Positions 30,501-39,161 are shown, counted from the first letter of the stretch. The stretch: DNA of 50,931 nt from Thermoplasmatales archaeon (GCA_041304825.1 JBFYMQ010000004.1:1-50931); one strand, 5' to 3'. Numbers and translations are program-made. The notes: generated by a model from the sequence alone, not told the origin.

Positions 30501-31233
30501 AGACGGAGAATCCTGGACATACAATAATGGACAAAGCGATATCACCTATTCAAGCCGAACATTAAAACAATGTCTCAGTTCACATTTAAGAAACTTTGAG
30601 GGGCATTGCCTCTGGGATGCCCACCTTGAACAGATAAACGATGGTGTCAGCATTTTCTATTACACCGGCCATGGTACCGGAGGTAGCGGTGTTTCTGCCC
30701 AATATTATCAGAGTGAGCATTCGAACTATCCTGATCAAATCTGGTGGGACTCTTGGCGGGGATACAGTGGATATGATTTTTGGCGAATTGTTCGCAACAA
30801 TGGAAGATCATGGTATAACCCAGAACCGCCCTCCCTCTACGATCTCATTCAATATGACTATGTCGATCAACTGTTAGGAAATCTAAAAAGCTGTGCAGTC
30901 TTCTATCAATCGTGTTCCACCGGTGATGGGTATGGTCCGATGGTGTATCTGGACCATGGCGCTGTTGTCTGGTATGGCAACGCAGGATCGGGGCTCTGTC
31001 CTGAGGCGGATTTAATGGATGATAAATTCTTCGAAGATGCTTTAATACATGGTGAAACAATCGGTCAAGCCTATTCTAAACAGGTCTGGCTGCATTATCG
31101 TGATTTCACTACACAAGACCTTGTTTCGATGTATGGTTCATCAACTAAACAAATCACCACCGTACATTGTATCTATGGGGATCCTGCCTTAGTGGTTTTT
31201 GGACCAGAGTGGACCTCTCCGGTACCAATTTAA
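27508..31233 (+). CDS. Large secreted protein: two PPC-like (pre-peptidase C-terminal type) beta-sandwich domains plus a C-terminal gingipain/C25-like clan CD cysteine peptidase domain
   Basis: Signal peptide MWAVVYFALLIGTIFFVPASS. PPC-like repeats (QDWYYFSLCEGQDVVITL..FDLFLIDSD..GYHYLKV; YDYYKFQVDSGKGISFSL..FDLQLYNPSG..GEWRIRI). His in IFYYTGHGTGGSG (30670-30672). Cys in AVFYQSCSTGDG (30913-30915). GGAGG RBS. Confidence 0.7.
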   Translation: MKHNKRKMWAVVYFALLIGTIFFVPASSEKENSSFLNTSQNQQSGYSGDTKEPPGALIPDRKYVFDDEPAPMTKSEENPDCGTKRDAGDDFNRATALYPGEVIDNTPGRGRIGALTSTNPQDWYYFSLCEGQDVVITLSPPSSFNFDLFLIDSDEIQIAASTNGGSDLEVITYTAGYTGYHYLKVLFISGTGTGEYTIDITMTTQNDADSGTDASDAFTSALAITPGSYFGYLDMNDAYDYYKFQVDSGKGISFSLQMQTTAILSDFDLQLYNPSGTLVYEATQYYNDELLYPATETGEWRIRIDIFPGWVDIPHPTEWAYYAYGSGAYLFTLNIENSASAPPEIPQPQITPLIKTFRVTNDDSTTKDDFGYLAAIPACNYLEDETRYTAPIVYKGDDTPTNYYDTEAYRGTVDDTTQYLIDDWNAYLAMHGETATSYDVPANPVEAAADIAQQNWGASDLAVVAVDGSEYTDNVKTILKRTRTLTRTVDIEEIQHDDPKLIEDLGYLMFLGPKWCALNINVTGISVTSGSVVGALLTQVYPKYIDVASDDWPTPYDGPGNAFDIYHPVSRIGLWSANTGVQNTQFDLLRITKYAGDRYHVNVKNADSVLTAKVTTTESSDLLVYCIDPKGYVRAPDMPIWNGPVNPIHVWNGLENPEVNPWRCWNPELHTEFTAEVMHPESGWWTVIVVPRYADGAEKIRYTLTVDQRIVNTKRADAEVSAANAAVIASLNHAPLLYVSENSIPSATSAAFTALGVNKVIFVERGDIGKASFPSGISVQADLTDMDQIVNHIKGYGASDNFITITSLKTGKGFFAPAAYLAAYHGSPILRIEDAPGNPAAMADRIETWRLGDGDYYHGSRAPGHLPDADEPVDQSPLYLFKTMLHFIQSQDPAILPPIGLDADRYWRAEMYNETYEWIAGYGLDLDGQEAYCFVAPRTDIYLPLHSVMIGNNSYAGHIPGDTPAYSSAVIVRSVLYPALIFANPNRNTTTAQLMNYPDGESWTYNNGQSDITYSSRTLKQCLSSHLRNFEGHCLWDAHLEQINDGVSIFYYTGHGTGGSGVSAQYYQSEHSNYPDQIWWDSWRGYSGYDFWRIVRNNGRSWYNPEPPSLYDLIQYDYVDQLLGNLKSCAVFYQSCSTGDGYGPMVYLDHGAVVWYGNAGSGLCPEADLMDDKFFEDALIHGETIGQAYSKQVWLHYRDFTTQDLVSMYGSSTKQITTVHCIYGDPALVVFGPEWTSPVPI

Positions 31234-31270
31234 GGGTGACCTACCCTTTCTCTTTTTTTTCTTTTTATTC
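31234..31270 (+). terminator. Short hairpin plus long oligo-T terminator after ORF 27508..31233
   Basis: GGGTgacctACCC followed by tttctcttttttttcttttt. Confidence 0.55.
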
Positions 31271-31417
31271 TCTGCCTGTTTCTTTTTAAAAATTAACCGG
31301 TTTTACATCTTCAGCGTTTCTTTTGTTACGTCTCTGTGTTACGTCCTTGCTACTCAACAGATACTTTTAATACGCTATGCTTTCTATTTCTTATCATTTC
31401 AGAATGATAGATGATTC

Positions 31418-31891
31418 ATGGTGTACATCATGGGGAAAGAATTTTCTTCGGATCTTATCGCACCCTGCGGCATGGACTGTAACGTATGTAGTGGATATCT
31501 TGCGATGTACCAAGATGTGAAGAAAAAAGGTATTCGTATGTCTTCATGTAAAGGCTGTCGCCCCCGCGATAAGAAATGTGCGTTTCTGAAAAAAAGATGC
31601 GTGCGTCTCCTCAATCACGCCGTGACATTTTGTTATGAATGCCCAGACTATCCTTGTGAGAACCTCACACATATTGACACGAGGTATAAAACGTTTTTTC
31701 GGATGAGCCTTCTTGAAAACCTCGCATCAATCAAAAAGAAGGGAATGGAAGCATTCCTGAAGACAGAAAAAAAGAAATGGCGATGTCCAACCTGTGGAGG
31801 AGTCATCTGTTGTCATAATGGTCTGTGTTTTTTCTGCGACAGTGTTCTTTTGAGAACAAAGAAACAACTCTATCGGTGGGAAGATGAATAA
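31418..31891 (+). CDS. DUF3795-like Cys-rich (probable metal-binding) protein
   Basis: N-terminal APCGMDCNVCSGY plus further Cys pairs (CKGC, CYECPDYPC, CPTCGG). Pattern matches the DUF3795 family as I recall it. Confidence 0.55.
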   Translation: MVYIMGKEFSSDLIAPCGMDCNVCSGYLAMYQDVKKKGIRMSSCKGCRPRDKKCAFLKKRCVRLLNHAVTFCYECPDYPCENLTHIDTRYKTFFRMSLLENLASIKKKGMEAFLKTEKKKWRCPTCGGVICCHNGLCFFCDSVLLRTKKQLYRWEDE

Positions 31892-32288
31892 CAAGATAGT
31901 AGCATTCTGTGGATACCGATGTGATCTCTGTCCGGCGCATTCGAAGAATGTTGATACACTTGCAAAGAGAACAACCATCAGAAACGGATGGAATACTTTT
32001 TTTGGTTTCGATGTCCCGGAGGAGCGAATCCTGTGTGTTGGCTGCGGTAATGAGGGAAGTCATTTGGATACCGAATGTCCTGTTAAACCCTGCGCACTAA
32101 GGAAACAGCTGCAGAACTGTTCGTTCTGTGATTGTTTTGAGTCTTGTGAAACCTTAAAAATGCGTGCGGACATCCTTGAAGAGACTAAAAAGCATTACAC
32201 CGGTCAGATTTCAAAAGAGGAGTACGAATTGTTCTTTCGGCCGTATAACGGAAGAGAAGAGCTAAAAAAACAACGAAAGCGGAGGTAA
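31884..32288 (+). CDS. DUF3795-like Cys-rich protein (second tandem copy)
   Basis: AFCGYRCDLCPAH, CVGCGNEG, CPVKPC, CSFCDCFESC. The start overlaps the upstream stop (ATGAATAA). Confidence 0.55.
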   Translation: MNNKIVAFCGYRCDLCPAHSKNVDTLAKRTTIRNGWNTFFGFDVPEERILCVGCGNEGSHLDTECPVKPCALRKQLQNCSFCDCFESCETLKMRADILEETKKHYTGQISKEEYELFFRPYNGREELKKQRKRR

Positions 32289-32292
32289 GCAT

Positions 32293-32793
32293 ATGGCATA
32301 TAAAAAAAAGTCATGGCAGGAGAAACTCGCGGATAAGAAGAATTTACCAAAGATTCTAAAGTTACAAAAAAGCTTCCCGTGTTATAACGCGGTTCATAAG
32401 ATGGGAGCTGAAGCCGGGGATGATGTTGTGCTTGTCAACCCCAGCGAAGTCGTCACCCTGATGAAACAGGTCCCTAAAGGAAAAATCATCACTCTTGCAG
32501 AGATCTGTAAAGCAATAGCAAAGAAGCATCATGTCAAAGGATGTTGCTCTTTGACGACAGGGATTTTTATTATGACTGCAGCAAATGCAGCAGAAGAAGC
32601 TACAAAACAAGGAAAACCACTTGATGTCCCCTATTGGCGGACATTGAAAGTCGATGGATTTCTGAACGAAAAATACCCTGGTGGAGCGCTTGCTCAGAAA
32701 AAATTACTTGAACAAGAAGGATGTACTGTACTAGCGAAAGGCAAGAAATTTATTGTAAAGGATTTCGAAACATATCTAGCTGAGGTGAATTAA
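32293..32793 (+). CDS. MGMT/ATL-like DNA-binding-domain protein lacking the alkyl-acceptor cysteine
   Basis: VPKGKIITLAEICKAIAKK and VPYWRTLKVDGFLNEKYPGG..KKLLEQEG align by eye with the IPyGkv.tYgeiA and PCHRVv..dG.lggY.gG..K..LL..EG blocks of O6-alkylguanine transferases. The motif reads PYWR instead of PCHR. Confidence 0.5.
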   Translation: MAYKKKSWQEKLADKKNLPKILKLQKSFPCYNAVHKMGAEAGDDVVLVNPSEVVTLMKQVPKGKIITLAEICKAIAKKHHVKGCCSLTTGIFIMTAANAAEEATKQGKPLDVPYWRTLKVDGFLNEKYPGGALAQKKLLEQEGCTVLAKGKKFIVKDFETYLAEVN

Positions 32794-33263
32794 TGAAAGA
32801 AACTGAATGTTGCCCGAAATTTAATCCTACACCATGGGAGGGGAAGCTATTTGAATGGAAAAACAAGATGTTCATAAAGGGGAATGTCTCGACGTTTTTT
32901 CACATGCCACTGAATTTTGGTGCTGCGATGAAGAAACTTGATGAAAAGGTACGGGAAGCGCATGCGACGATACCGGACGGCATCTGTTTATCAGACCATA
33001 CGTCAAAATGGAATATGAATGTGTATCTTGCAGTTGATAAGGAAATCCCTGGTTTGGAGAATATGACGTTGAGCGGGAAATTTCTCAGTAAAGTCTACGA
33101 AGGTCCTTTTCAGAATACCGGGAAATGGTGCAAAGATTTTGAAGAGTTCGCCTCAAGTAAGGGTGTGACGATCTCAAAATGGTTCATGTGGTATACGACC
33201 TGTCCGAAATGCGCGAAAATATATGGTAAAAATTACGTCGTTATCGTCGCTCAGGTCACATGA
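32793..33263 (+). CDS. Conserved-looking hypothetical protein (Cys-containing N- and C-termini)
   Basis: 156-aa ORF. Start overlaps the upstream stop (TAATG). TECCPKFNPTPWEG.. and ..YTTCPKCAKIYG. No family recognised. Confidence 0.5.
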   Translation: MKETECCPKFNPTPWEGKLFEWKNKMFIKGNVSTFFHMPLNFGAAMKKLDEKVREAHATIPDGICLSDHTSKWNMNVYLAVDKEIPGLENMTLSGKFLSKVYEGPFQNTGKWCKDFEEFASSKGVTISKWFMWYTTCPKCAKIYGKNYVVIVAQVT

Positions 33264-33275
33264 TCTGTTCTTCTG

Positions 33276-33965
33276 GTGTCTTCTATAATCCCCCGGGTCA
33301 TCATCCATAATTCCATCAGCATCGATGGTTCGCTTTCTTCCTTTGAGCCGAACATGGAGCTGCATTATCGAATTGCCAGTATGTTCAAACCTGATATCCA
33401 TTTGATTGGTTCAAATACCATCACAACAGGGATAAAGCTATATGGAGCTAGTATTCCACCTGAGGCGGTCTCTGATTTTCAAAAACCAAAACGGAGCAAC
33501 ACCCTTCCAGCATGGGTAGTGGTTGACTCCAAAGGTAAGCTTGAAGGTTTGCTGCATACGTGCAGACAATTTGAACAATGTCGTGATGTGATTGTACTAG
33601 TATCGCAGACGACACCAAAGCAGTATATCCGTTATCTAGATGAGCGGCAGTACGATTATCATTGTGTCGGAAAAGACTGTGTTGATTTACGAAAAACGTT
33701 AGACCTTCTAAGTAAGAAATATCATGTGAAAACCATTCTCACTGACACTGGAAGAATTCTAGGGAATCTCTTGCTCAACCAAGGATTCGTCGATGAGATA
33801 AGTTTGCTTGTTCACCCGGTGATTGTTGGGAAGAAATCTTATAGCATGTTTAATGAGATTGAAAAAAATCATGATGTGACCGTAATGAAATGCGAACGGT
33901 TGGAGGGGCAGTACGTCTGGTTATTGTACAAAATTAAGAAAAAAGAATCTCCTTATACCAGATAA
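33276..33965 (+). CDS. RibD C-terminal/dihydrofolate-reductase-like reductase family protein
   Basis: VIIHNSISIDGSL, IHLIGSNTI, ILTDTGRILGNLLLNQGFVDEISLLVHPVIVG. GTG start. Confidence 0.65.
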   Translation: MSSIIPRVIIHNSISIDGSLSSFEPNMELHYRIASMFKPDIHLIGSNTITTGIKLYGASIPPEAVSDFQKPKRSNTLPAWVVVDSKGKLEGLLHTCRQFEQCRDVIVLVSQTTPKQYIRYLDERQYDYHCVGKDCVDLRKTLDLLSKKYHVKTILTDTGRILGNLLLNQGFVDEISLLVHPVIVGKKSYSMFNEIEKNHDVTVMKCERLEGQYVWLLYKIKKKESPYTR

Positions 33966-34048
33966 GGAAAGTTATCTCTTTTTAGGGAAAAGTAATTTCG
34001 GGAAAAGATAAGGAAAATTTTTTGTCGGTATTATTAAATAACAAAATA

Positions 34049-35050
34049 ATGATATTTTCTGTTATGAAGAAATTATGGTCGATTCTTCTTCTTGGTGCAC
34101 TCTCAATGCTATTTGCAGAGGTCTTCTCGGGTGCATCGACAGTGTGGTTCCTTGATGCATGGGGTCTGCTGCTTACATATCCCTTGTATCTAGGACATGC
34201 GATATTCTTGCTGAACGTAGCGTTTCTGTGGAAAAAGACATCGCCTCGTCAATTATACTTCTTCGGGATGTTATTTGGGCTGTATGAGGCACTTATCACT
34301 AAAGTCCTCTGGTTTGGATATCCTGCTTCAACAGGTCCTATGGTCGGTTATTTTTTTGGTGTTGCCTGGGGGGAGTTCCTCACATTGGTTCTGTTCTACC
34401 ATCCGATTATGTCTTTTGTTGTGCCGGTGTTTGTGTATGAGTTGCTGAGCAGGGATGTTCTTCCAGGTCATGAACGGTTTTTACAAAAAAATCGGAAATC
34501 GCTCTTGCTCGTCATTATACTGATTGTGATGGGCGCAAGCTTTCAGAGCAATGGATCGAACTATGATGTGGTTCGAGCGGTAGGTTCCATGGGTGGATCA
34601 ATTCTCATAGTCGTTCTGTTGCATGTTCTTTCAAAAGGCAAGAATCTACAATCGCTTGTCCTTGGCAAAAAAGAGATGACCGTCGTGATTGTTTATCTTT
34701 TTGTCTTGTATGGGGTGACGACTATGGTTATTTTCCCTGAGCGTCTGCCAAAAATGATTCTTCCGTATCTGTTGATACTTCTGTGGTATCTGGTTGCTAT
34801 CATTCTGCTCTGGATTGATCGGTTTTCATCTGTGAATGTTGCTCTTAAAAGAACCATTTTCTCTCAGAAAGAGTTGAGGATTTTTGCGTTACTCATCGTG
34901 GGTGTGATTATTATCTGCAGTCTTTTCCAGCAGATGACCTATGGGGTTCTTCTGGTGATGTTTGTGTCACTTATGGGAGCCGGTGTTGGTTTTTTCTCCT
35001 GGTCTCTGATTTCTCTGTTAAAACAAAGAATCATGGGTATAGTACCATGA
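34049..35050 (+). CDS. Polytopic membrane protein (about 8-9 TM), unknown function
   Basis: Hydrophobic throughout. First ATG at 34049 (track start TTG 34022; a further ATG at 34064). Confidence 0.6.
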   Translation: MIFSVMKKLWSILLLGALSMLFAEVFSGASTVWFLDAWGLLLTYPLYLGHAIFLLNVAFLWKKTSPRQLYFFGMLFGLYEALITKVLWFGYPASTGPMVGYFFGVAWGEFLTLVLFYHPIMSFVVPVFVYELLSRDVLPGHERFLQKNRKSLLLVIILIVMGASFQSNGSNYDVVRAVGSMGGSILIVVLLHVLSKGKNLQSLVLGKKEMTVVIVYLFVLYGVTTMVIFPERLPKMILPYLLILLWYLVAIILLWIDRFSSVNVALKRTIFSQKELRIFALLIVGVIIICSLFQQMTYGVLLVMFVSLMGAGVGFFSWSLISLLKQRIMGIVP

Positions 35051-35176
35051 ACTCTGAATGGTCCTTTCATGTACATGGAGCATACGATACCAAATCTATA
35101 CCAGAACAATCGTATGGAACAATGTTTCGGAAATCTCTAATGAGCCGCATGACATAATCAATAATGGTGATAAAAA

Positions 35177-35815
35177 ATGGAAATGGATTTAGAACTCACA
35201 AACATGGAAACAAAAATAAAAAAAGAAATGAAACACTTCATGGCCCTTACCGTTATGAGCCTGGCTTTTGGTGCCATGGCAATGGCGTTTGCGATTGCTA
35301 CGATAACAACGAATGTTTTTGCGTTAACGAAGACGATTTCAAATATGTATTTCATTCTCTCCTCTCTAGTGATTGGGTTTGTTGTAGCATATTTTGCTCT
35401 TCGATATGTGATTTCCAGTGCAGAAGTCATGAGTAAATTTGATGAGATACAAGAAGACGAGAACGGTGAAAAAAATCTACCTTCTGAGCGGATCACTGAA
35501 CGCATCGTTAAACTCATGGGCTTGTACCGCGAGGAAAAACCACAGATTAAAAGAATGATTCTTGTGAGTAAAATCGCAGGCGTCTGCTTTTTTGCAAATG
35601 CACTAATTCAAACCATTATTGTTTTTATAACTTTCAATTCGGGAACGGTTGAATTGATTCCTTCTGTAGGAGGGATACTTGTCAGCCTTATTATGGGCTT
35701 GGTAGGATTTTATCTTCCCTCTTCTTTTCATAAATACGCGATTTGCTGGGACGATCGGCTTGAAAAAAGTGAAGATGCCGAGAAGAAGATGGCGTCTTAT
35801 ATGGAGGAATCCTAG
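35177..35815 (+). CDS. Membrane protein (about 4 TM), unknown function
   Basis: TM segments FMALTVMSLAFGAMAMAFAIATI, YFILSSLVIGFVVAYFAL, IAGVCFFANALIQTIIVFITF, GGILVSLIMGLVGFYL. The antisense 119-aa ORF was rejected. Confidence 0.6.
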   Translation: MEMDLELTNMETKIKKEMKHFMALTVMSLAFGAMAMAFAIATITTNVFALTKTISNMYFILSSLVIGFVVAYFALRYVISSAEVMSKFDEIQEDENGEKNLPSERITERIVKLMGLYREEKPQIKRMILVSKIAGVCFFANALIQTIIVFITFNSGTVELIPSVGGILVSLIMGLVGFYLPSSFHKYAICWDDRLEKSEDAEKKMASYMEES

Positions 35816-36090
35816 TGAATAATCGACGGACCCACTATGAGATTTACTGGGAGATACTGACCTATTGCAAGACGCCTCGATCGATAACTCAGATTATCCA
35901 GCGGTGCAACTTAAACTCCAAGATTGGCCAAGAGTATGTTGATTTTCTCGTATCAAAAGGATACCTTGGAGAAACGATGGAGAAAGACAGATTTCTATTT
36001 GCCACGACACCGGCTGCGAAGGAATATGTGGAGATCTTTATGAAATTATATCTTGAACTATTTAAAAACAGTCCGGAATTTAGACTTTGA
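35815..36090 (+). CDS. Small winged-helix DNA-binding protein (archaeal wHTH type)
   Basis: RRTHYEIYWEILTYCKTPRSITQIIQRCNLNSKIGQEYVDFLVSKGYL. GTG start overlaps the upstream TAG, indicating translational coupling. Confidence 0.6.
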   Translation: MNNRRTHYEIYWEILTYCKTPRSITQIIQRCNLNSKIGQEYVDFLVSKGYLGETMEKDRFLFATTPAAKEYVEIFMKLYLELFKNSPEFRL

Positions 36091-36214
36091 TGGATGTATA
36101 AAACCTTATCCTTTTCGTATACTTCGAATCTAGAGACGACTTCTTGTTTGCGATATAAAATATCTCTGTCTCTTGTTTTCTCATACGTTAGTAAGTTTGT
36201 ATCGTTCCATCTGT

Positions 36215-36925
36215 TTAGTATTTTTTATTAAAAAGATAAAACAATACACCAAGTAAGATCAGATGCAACACAAATCCAATCCCGAGAAAGACATAATCCT
36301 GCTGCCCGGTTGTGAGTAATTTATCTAGTGCCATGAACGTCCAGAAATTCGGTATGATACCAAGGATATATTTGAGATCATTGTTTATGAAGAACGCAAA
36401 CAAGGGGATGTAGAAGACCCCTCCAAGTGTTTTGAACACCGCGAAGGCTTGGACTTTATTGGTTGCAACGATATTTGCCACCAGTCCAAGGACCGGCGTA
36501 AGAAATGCAAGGAGTATCCCAATGGGGAGATAGTCGATAAAACTGGTATCGATCAGACCGGTGAGGAATGGGAAGAGCAGGATATACATGAGTGATAGCA
36601 TGCTGATGAACATCATCCGATAGAGAAGGTAGGTATTCCTTGAGATCGGCATAACCCGTAGGACGGTCAGCAGATTTTCATCCCGTTCATCCATGATGAG
36701 GAATCCGATGACAAAACCAAACATCATGGGGATAGTGATGACGATAAGCATAAACAACAGGGGATAGAACTGCTGAAGCGGGATTACATTTTCTGATAGC
36801 CAGGGAATGACGAGTCTTGTGAAAATAATAATGATCAGTGGTATTAAAAAGGCGGTATAGAGCAGTAACCGGTCTCTGATGATATTTCTGATATCATTGA
36901 GGAGTAATTTTCTTATCTGAACCAT
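36215..36925 (-). CDS. ABC-2-type transporter permease (subunit 2)
   Basis: Six-TM hydrophobic profile. ATG 36925 lies 2 nt after the stop of the upstream permease (track start 37003 is an overlap artefact). Confidence 0.7.
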   Translation of the reverse strand: MVQIRKLLLNDIRNIIRDRLLLYTAFLIPLIIIIFTRLVIPWLSENVIPLQQFYPLLFMLIVITIPMMFGFVIGFLIMDERDENLLTVLRVMPISRNTYLLYRMMFISMLSLMYILLFPFLTGLIDTSFIDYLPIGILLAFLTPVLGLVANIVATNKVQAFAVFKTLGGVFYIPLFAFFINNDLKYILGIIPNFWTFMALDKLLTTGQQDYVFLGIGFVLHLILLGVLFYLFNKKY

Positions 36926-36927
36926 GG

Positions 36928-37629
36928 TCAGCCTCCACGTAGCACAATGTGTTTGTAGAATGCTTTTTTTGCCAGATAATAGCAGCCGACGATCCAGATG
37001 CAAAGATAGGCGAGTGCGTAGATGGTTTCATTAAGTGAAAGGGTGCCAAACACACCTTCGAAGAGGAGGAATGATGCTTGTGATGGCCAGAGGTAAAAGA
37101 TGATGTTGTTGTAGATTCCGGTGATGTCTAATAATGGTGGGAGGAAGAGCAGGAGGAATGCAAGCATCATCATCAACAGATATTCATTGATGCTGTTGCA
37201 TCGTGCCACAAGGATGAACCCAAGCAAGATAAGAAAGATCGAGGTCAGAATAATCCCAGTGACCATATAGAAATATTCAAAATGAATTCCATGGGAAAGG
37301 AAAAGGAAAAGAAACGCAGAGATAACCGACAGTAAAGTAAGGGAAATGATCTTTGAAAAGAAATATGTTCTGGTCTGCATGGGGGTGACGTTGAGTGCTT
37401 GCAGCGTATTTTCTGTTTTTTCAAAAAGGACCAGGGCACCGACGAACATGATGCCGATGAGCGTCGGGTCGAAAAATAAATACAGGGTCTTGAACTCCTC
37501 GGTGTTCATCGATGGAAGTGCAACAAGTGTAACGTAGTAGATAAGGACGCTCAGGATGGAAAGATGGATGATTTTATATCTCGATTGAAGGATGATGTCC
37601 CATTTTAACATCGTTTTCAGCTGCGTCAT
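36928..37629 (-). CDS. ABC-2-type transporter permease (subunit 1)
   Basis: Six-TM profile. The start overlaps the ATPase stop (37626-37629). Confidence 0.7.
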   Translation of the reverse strand: MTQLKTMLKWDIILQSRYKIIHLSILSVLIYYVTLVALPSMNTEEFKTLYLFFDPTLIGIMFVGALVLFEKTENTLQALNVTPMQTRTYFFSKIISLTLLSVISAFLFLFLSHGIHFEYFYMVTGIILTSIFLILLGFILVARCNSINEYLLMMMLAFLLLFLPPLLDITGIYNNIIFYLWPSQASFLLFEGVFGTLSLNETIYALAYLCIWIVGCYYLAKKAFYKHIVLRGG

Positions 37630-38642
37630 TTCAGCTGCCTTCCTGTTACTGTTATGAACACGTCATCAAGGGTCGCTTCCTGGGTATGAATGGTGATGAC
37701 CCGGTTGCTGTTCAGAAGTTTTATGAATGCAAGGTTCGAACCAAGGTTGGCCAAGGTAAATTCTTCTCGTACGATCTCTCCATTGTTGATGTGTTCTACT
37801 CGTACGATTTTTTTGCCATGTTCCAGTTTCAGATCTTTTGGACTTTCGATGAGGACCAATGTTCCATCTACCATAAATCCCACGCGGTCACAGAGTTCGT
37901 CAGCATCGGTCATATTATGAGTTGTTAAGAAAATGGAGGTCCCTTGTTTCTTTTTTTCATTAATGATGTTTTTGATCTGGCGAGCGCTGATTGGGTCAAG
38001 TCCTGTGGTTGGTTCATCAAGGAAAAGCATCTGTGGGTTGTTGAGGAGAGCTCTAGCGAAGTTGAGTTTAGTCTTCATGCCTTTTGAAAAAGAACTCACA
38101 CGTTGGTTTGCGTCTTTGTCCAGGTCAATCATGGCCAGGAGATCATTCGGATCAACCGTTTTACTTTTATAGAATGAACTGAACAGCTCAAGGTTTTCCA
38201 GTGCCGTGAGTTTTTGGTAATGGTTTGGAAATTCGAAACAGACGCCGATGTGTTCATACAGGTCTGTTTTCCAGTTTTTTAGGTTCTTGCCGAGTAATTC
38301 TACGTTTCCGTTGTATCCTTTGAGCAGTCCGATGATGACTTTTTGGGTGGTGCTTTTCCCTGCGCCGTTTGGTCCGAGGAACCCGAAGATTTCTCCTTTT
38401 TTTATCTGAAATGAGACGTTATTCACTGCTTTTTTTCCTGCTTTGGGGTAAGTGAACGTAAGGTTTTGTATGTCAAGGGCATTTGAACCGTCGGTTAGTG
38501 TTCTGTGAGGCATCGATTCTGGGAATCGGAATACACCGTTCATGGTACAGGATGGGCAGGTTACATTGATTTTTTCCCCAGGGTTCCCCTGGATGATAAA
38601 GGTGTTTTTACACTGGGGGCATGCGATGGTTTGTGTCATCAT
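37626..38642 (-). CDS. ABC transporter ATP-binding protein with N-terminal CxxC..CxxC zinc-ribbon extension
   Basis: Walker A GPNGAGKST, signature FSKGMKTKL, Walker B MLFLDEPTTGLD, H-loop TTHNM. N-terminal IACPQCKNTF..VTCPSCTMNG. Confidence 0.9.
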   Translation of the reverse strand: MMTQTIACPQCKNTFIIQGNPGEKINVTCPSCTMNGVFRFPESMPHRTLTDGSNALDIQNLTFTYPKAGKKAVNNVSFQIKKGEIFGFLGPNGAGKSTTQKVIIGLLKGYNGNVELLGKNLKNWKTDLYEHIGVCFEFPNHYQKLTALENLELFSSFYKSKTVDPNDLLAMIDLDKDANQRVSSFSKGMKTKLNFARALLNNPQMLFLDEPTTGLDPISARQIKNIINEKKKQGTSIFLTTHNMTDADELCDRVGFMVDGTLVLIESPKDLKLEHGKKIVRVEHINNGEIVREEFTLANLGSNLAFIKLLNSNRVITIHTQEATLDDVFITVTGRQLK

Positions 38643-38795
38643 CTCATTTCACATCCTCATCCTATCATCTAAATATGTATCCATTTGAGGCCTATAATTT
38701 TTTAGCCGACGGTGATTTATGAAAATACTATTAAAAGAACAGACTATTCATAGCAAAAAAGATAGTCAACAGACAAGCGAATAGGAGACGTTCGA

Positions 38796-39110
38796 ATGAA
38801 GAAAATACGAATTACCGTCCTTAAGACTCTGGTGCAAAAAGAGTTTCAATCATACTGCGGTGTCCCCCTGGAAAAATGCCCCTGCCATTCGGAAGGACAA
38901 GTGTATTTCACCACATACGATAAACCCGAAGGATTTTGCGATTGGGCCTGGAAGGATATCCATCCGTACATCGTATCATTTTTAACAGGAGGGAATTTCA
39001 CAAAAGACATCTTCGAAGACTGGATGAAAGATAAGGATACCATGATTGCGTGCTGTACCGATGGGATACGACCCGTTATCTTTGAAATAAAGTTAATAAC
39101 TAATAAATAG
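38796..39110 (+). CDS. TIGR04076-like small Cys-containing protein
   Basis: MKKIRITVLK.., CPCHSEGQVYF, KPEGFCDWAWKDIHPYI..LTGGNF, ACCTDGIRPVIFEI match my recollection of the TIGR04076 family pattern. Confidence 0.5.
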   Translation: MKKIRITVLKTLVQKEFQSYCGVPLEKCPCHSEGQVYFTTYDKPEGFCDWAWKDIHPYIVSFLTGGNFTKDIFEDWMKDKDTMIACCTDGIRPVIFEIKLITNK

Positions 39111-39161
39111 TAAAAATCTTTGTTCGATGAAATTCTTACTTAAATAAAGGGATTGAAACCT

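Noticed and set aside
31199-31414. 71-aa Phe/Leu-rich plus-strand ORF after the large peptidase gene
   Set aside because: It is a translation of the oligo-T terminator and T-rich spacer, and it overlaps the 3' end of ORF 27508..31233.
35158-35517. 119-aa minus-strand ORF and 90-aa plus-strand ORF overlapping 35177..35815
   Set aside because: The 212-aa plus-strand ORF has a coherent 4-TM profile and is translationally coupled to the downstream wHTH gene. The alternatives lack such features.
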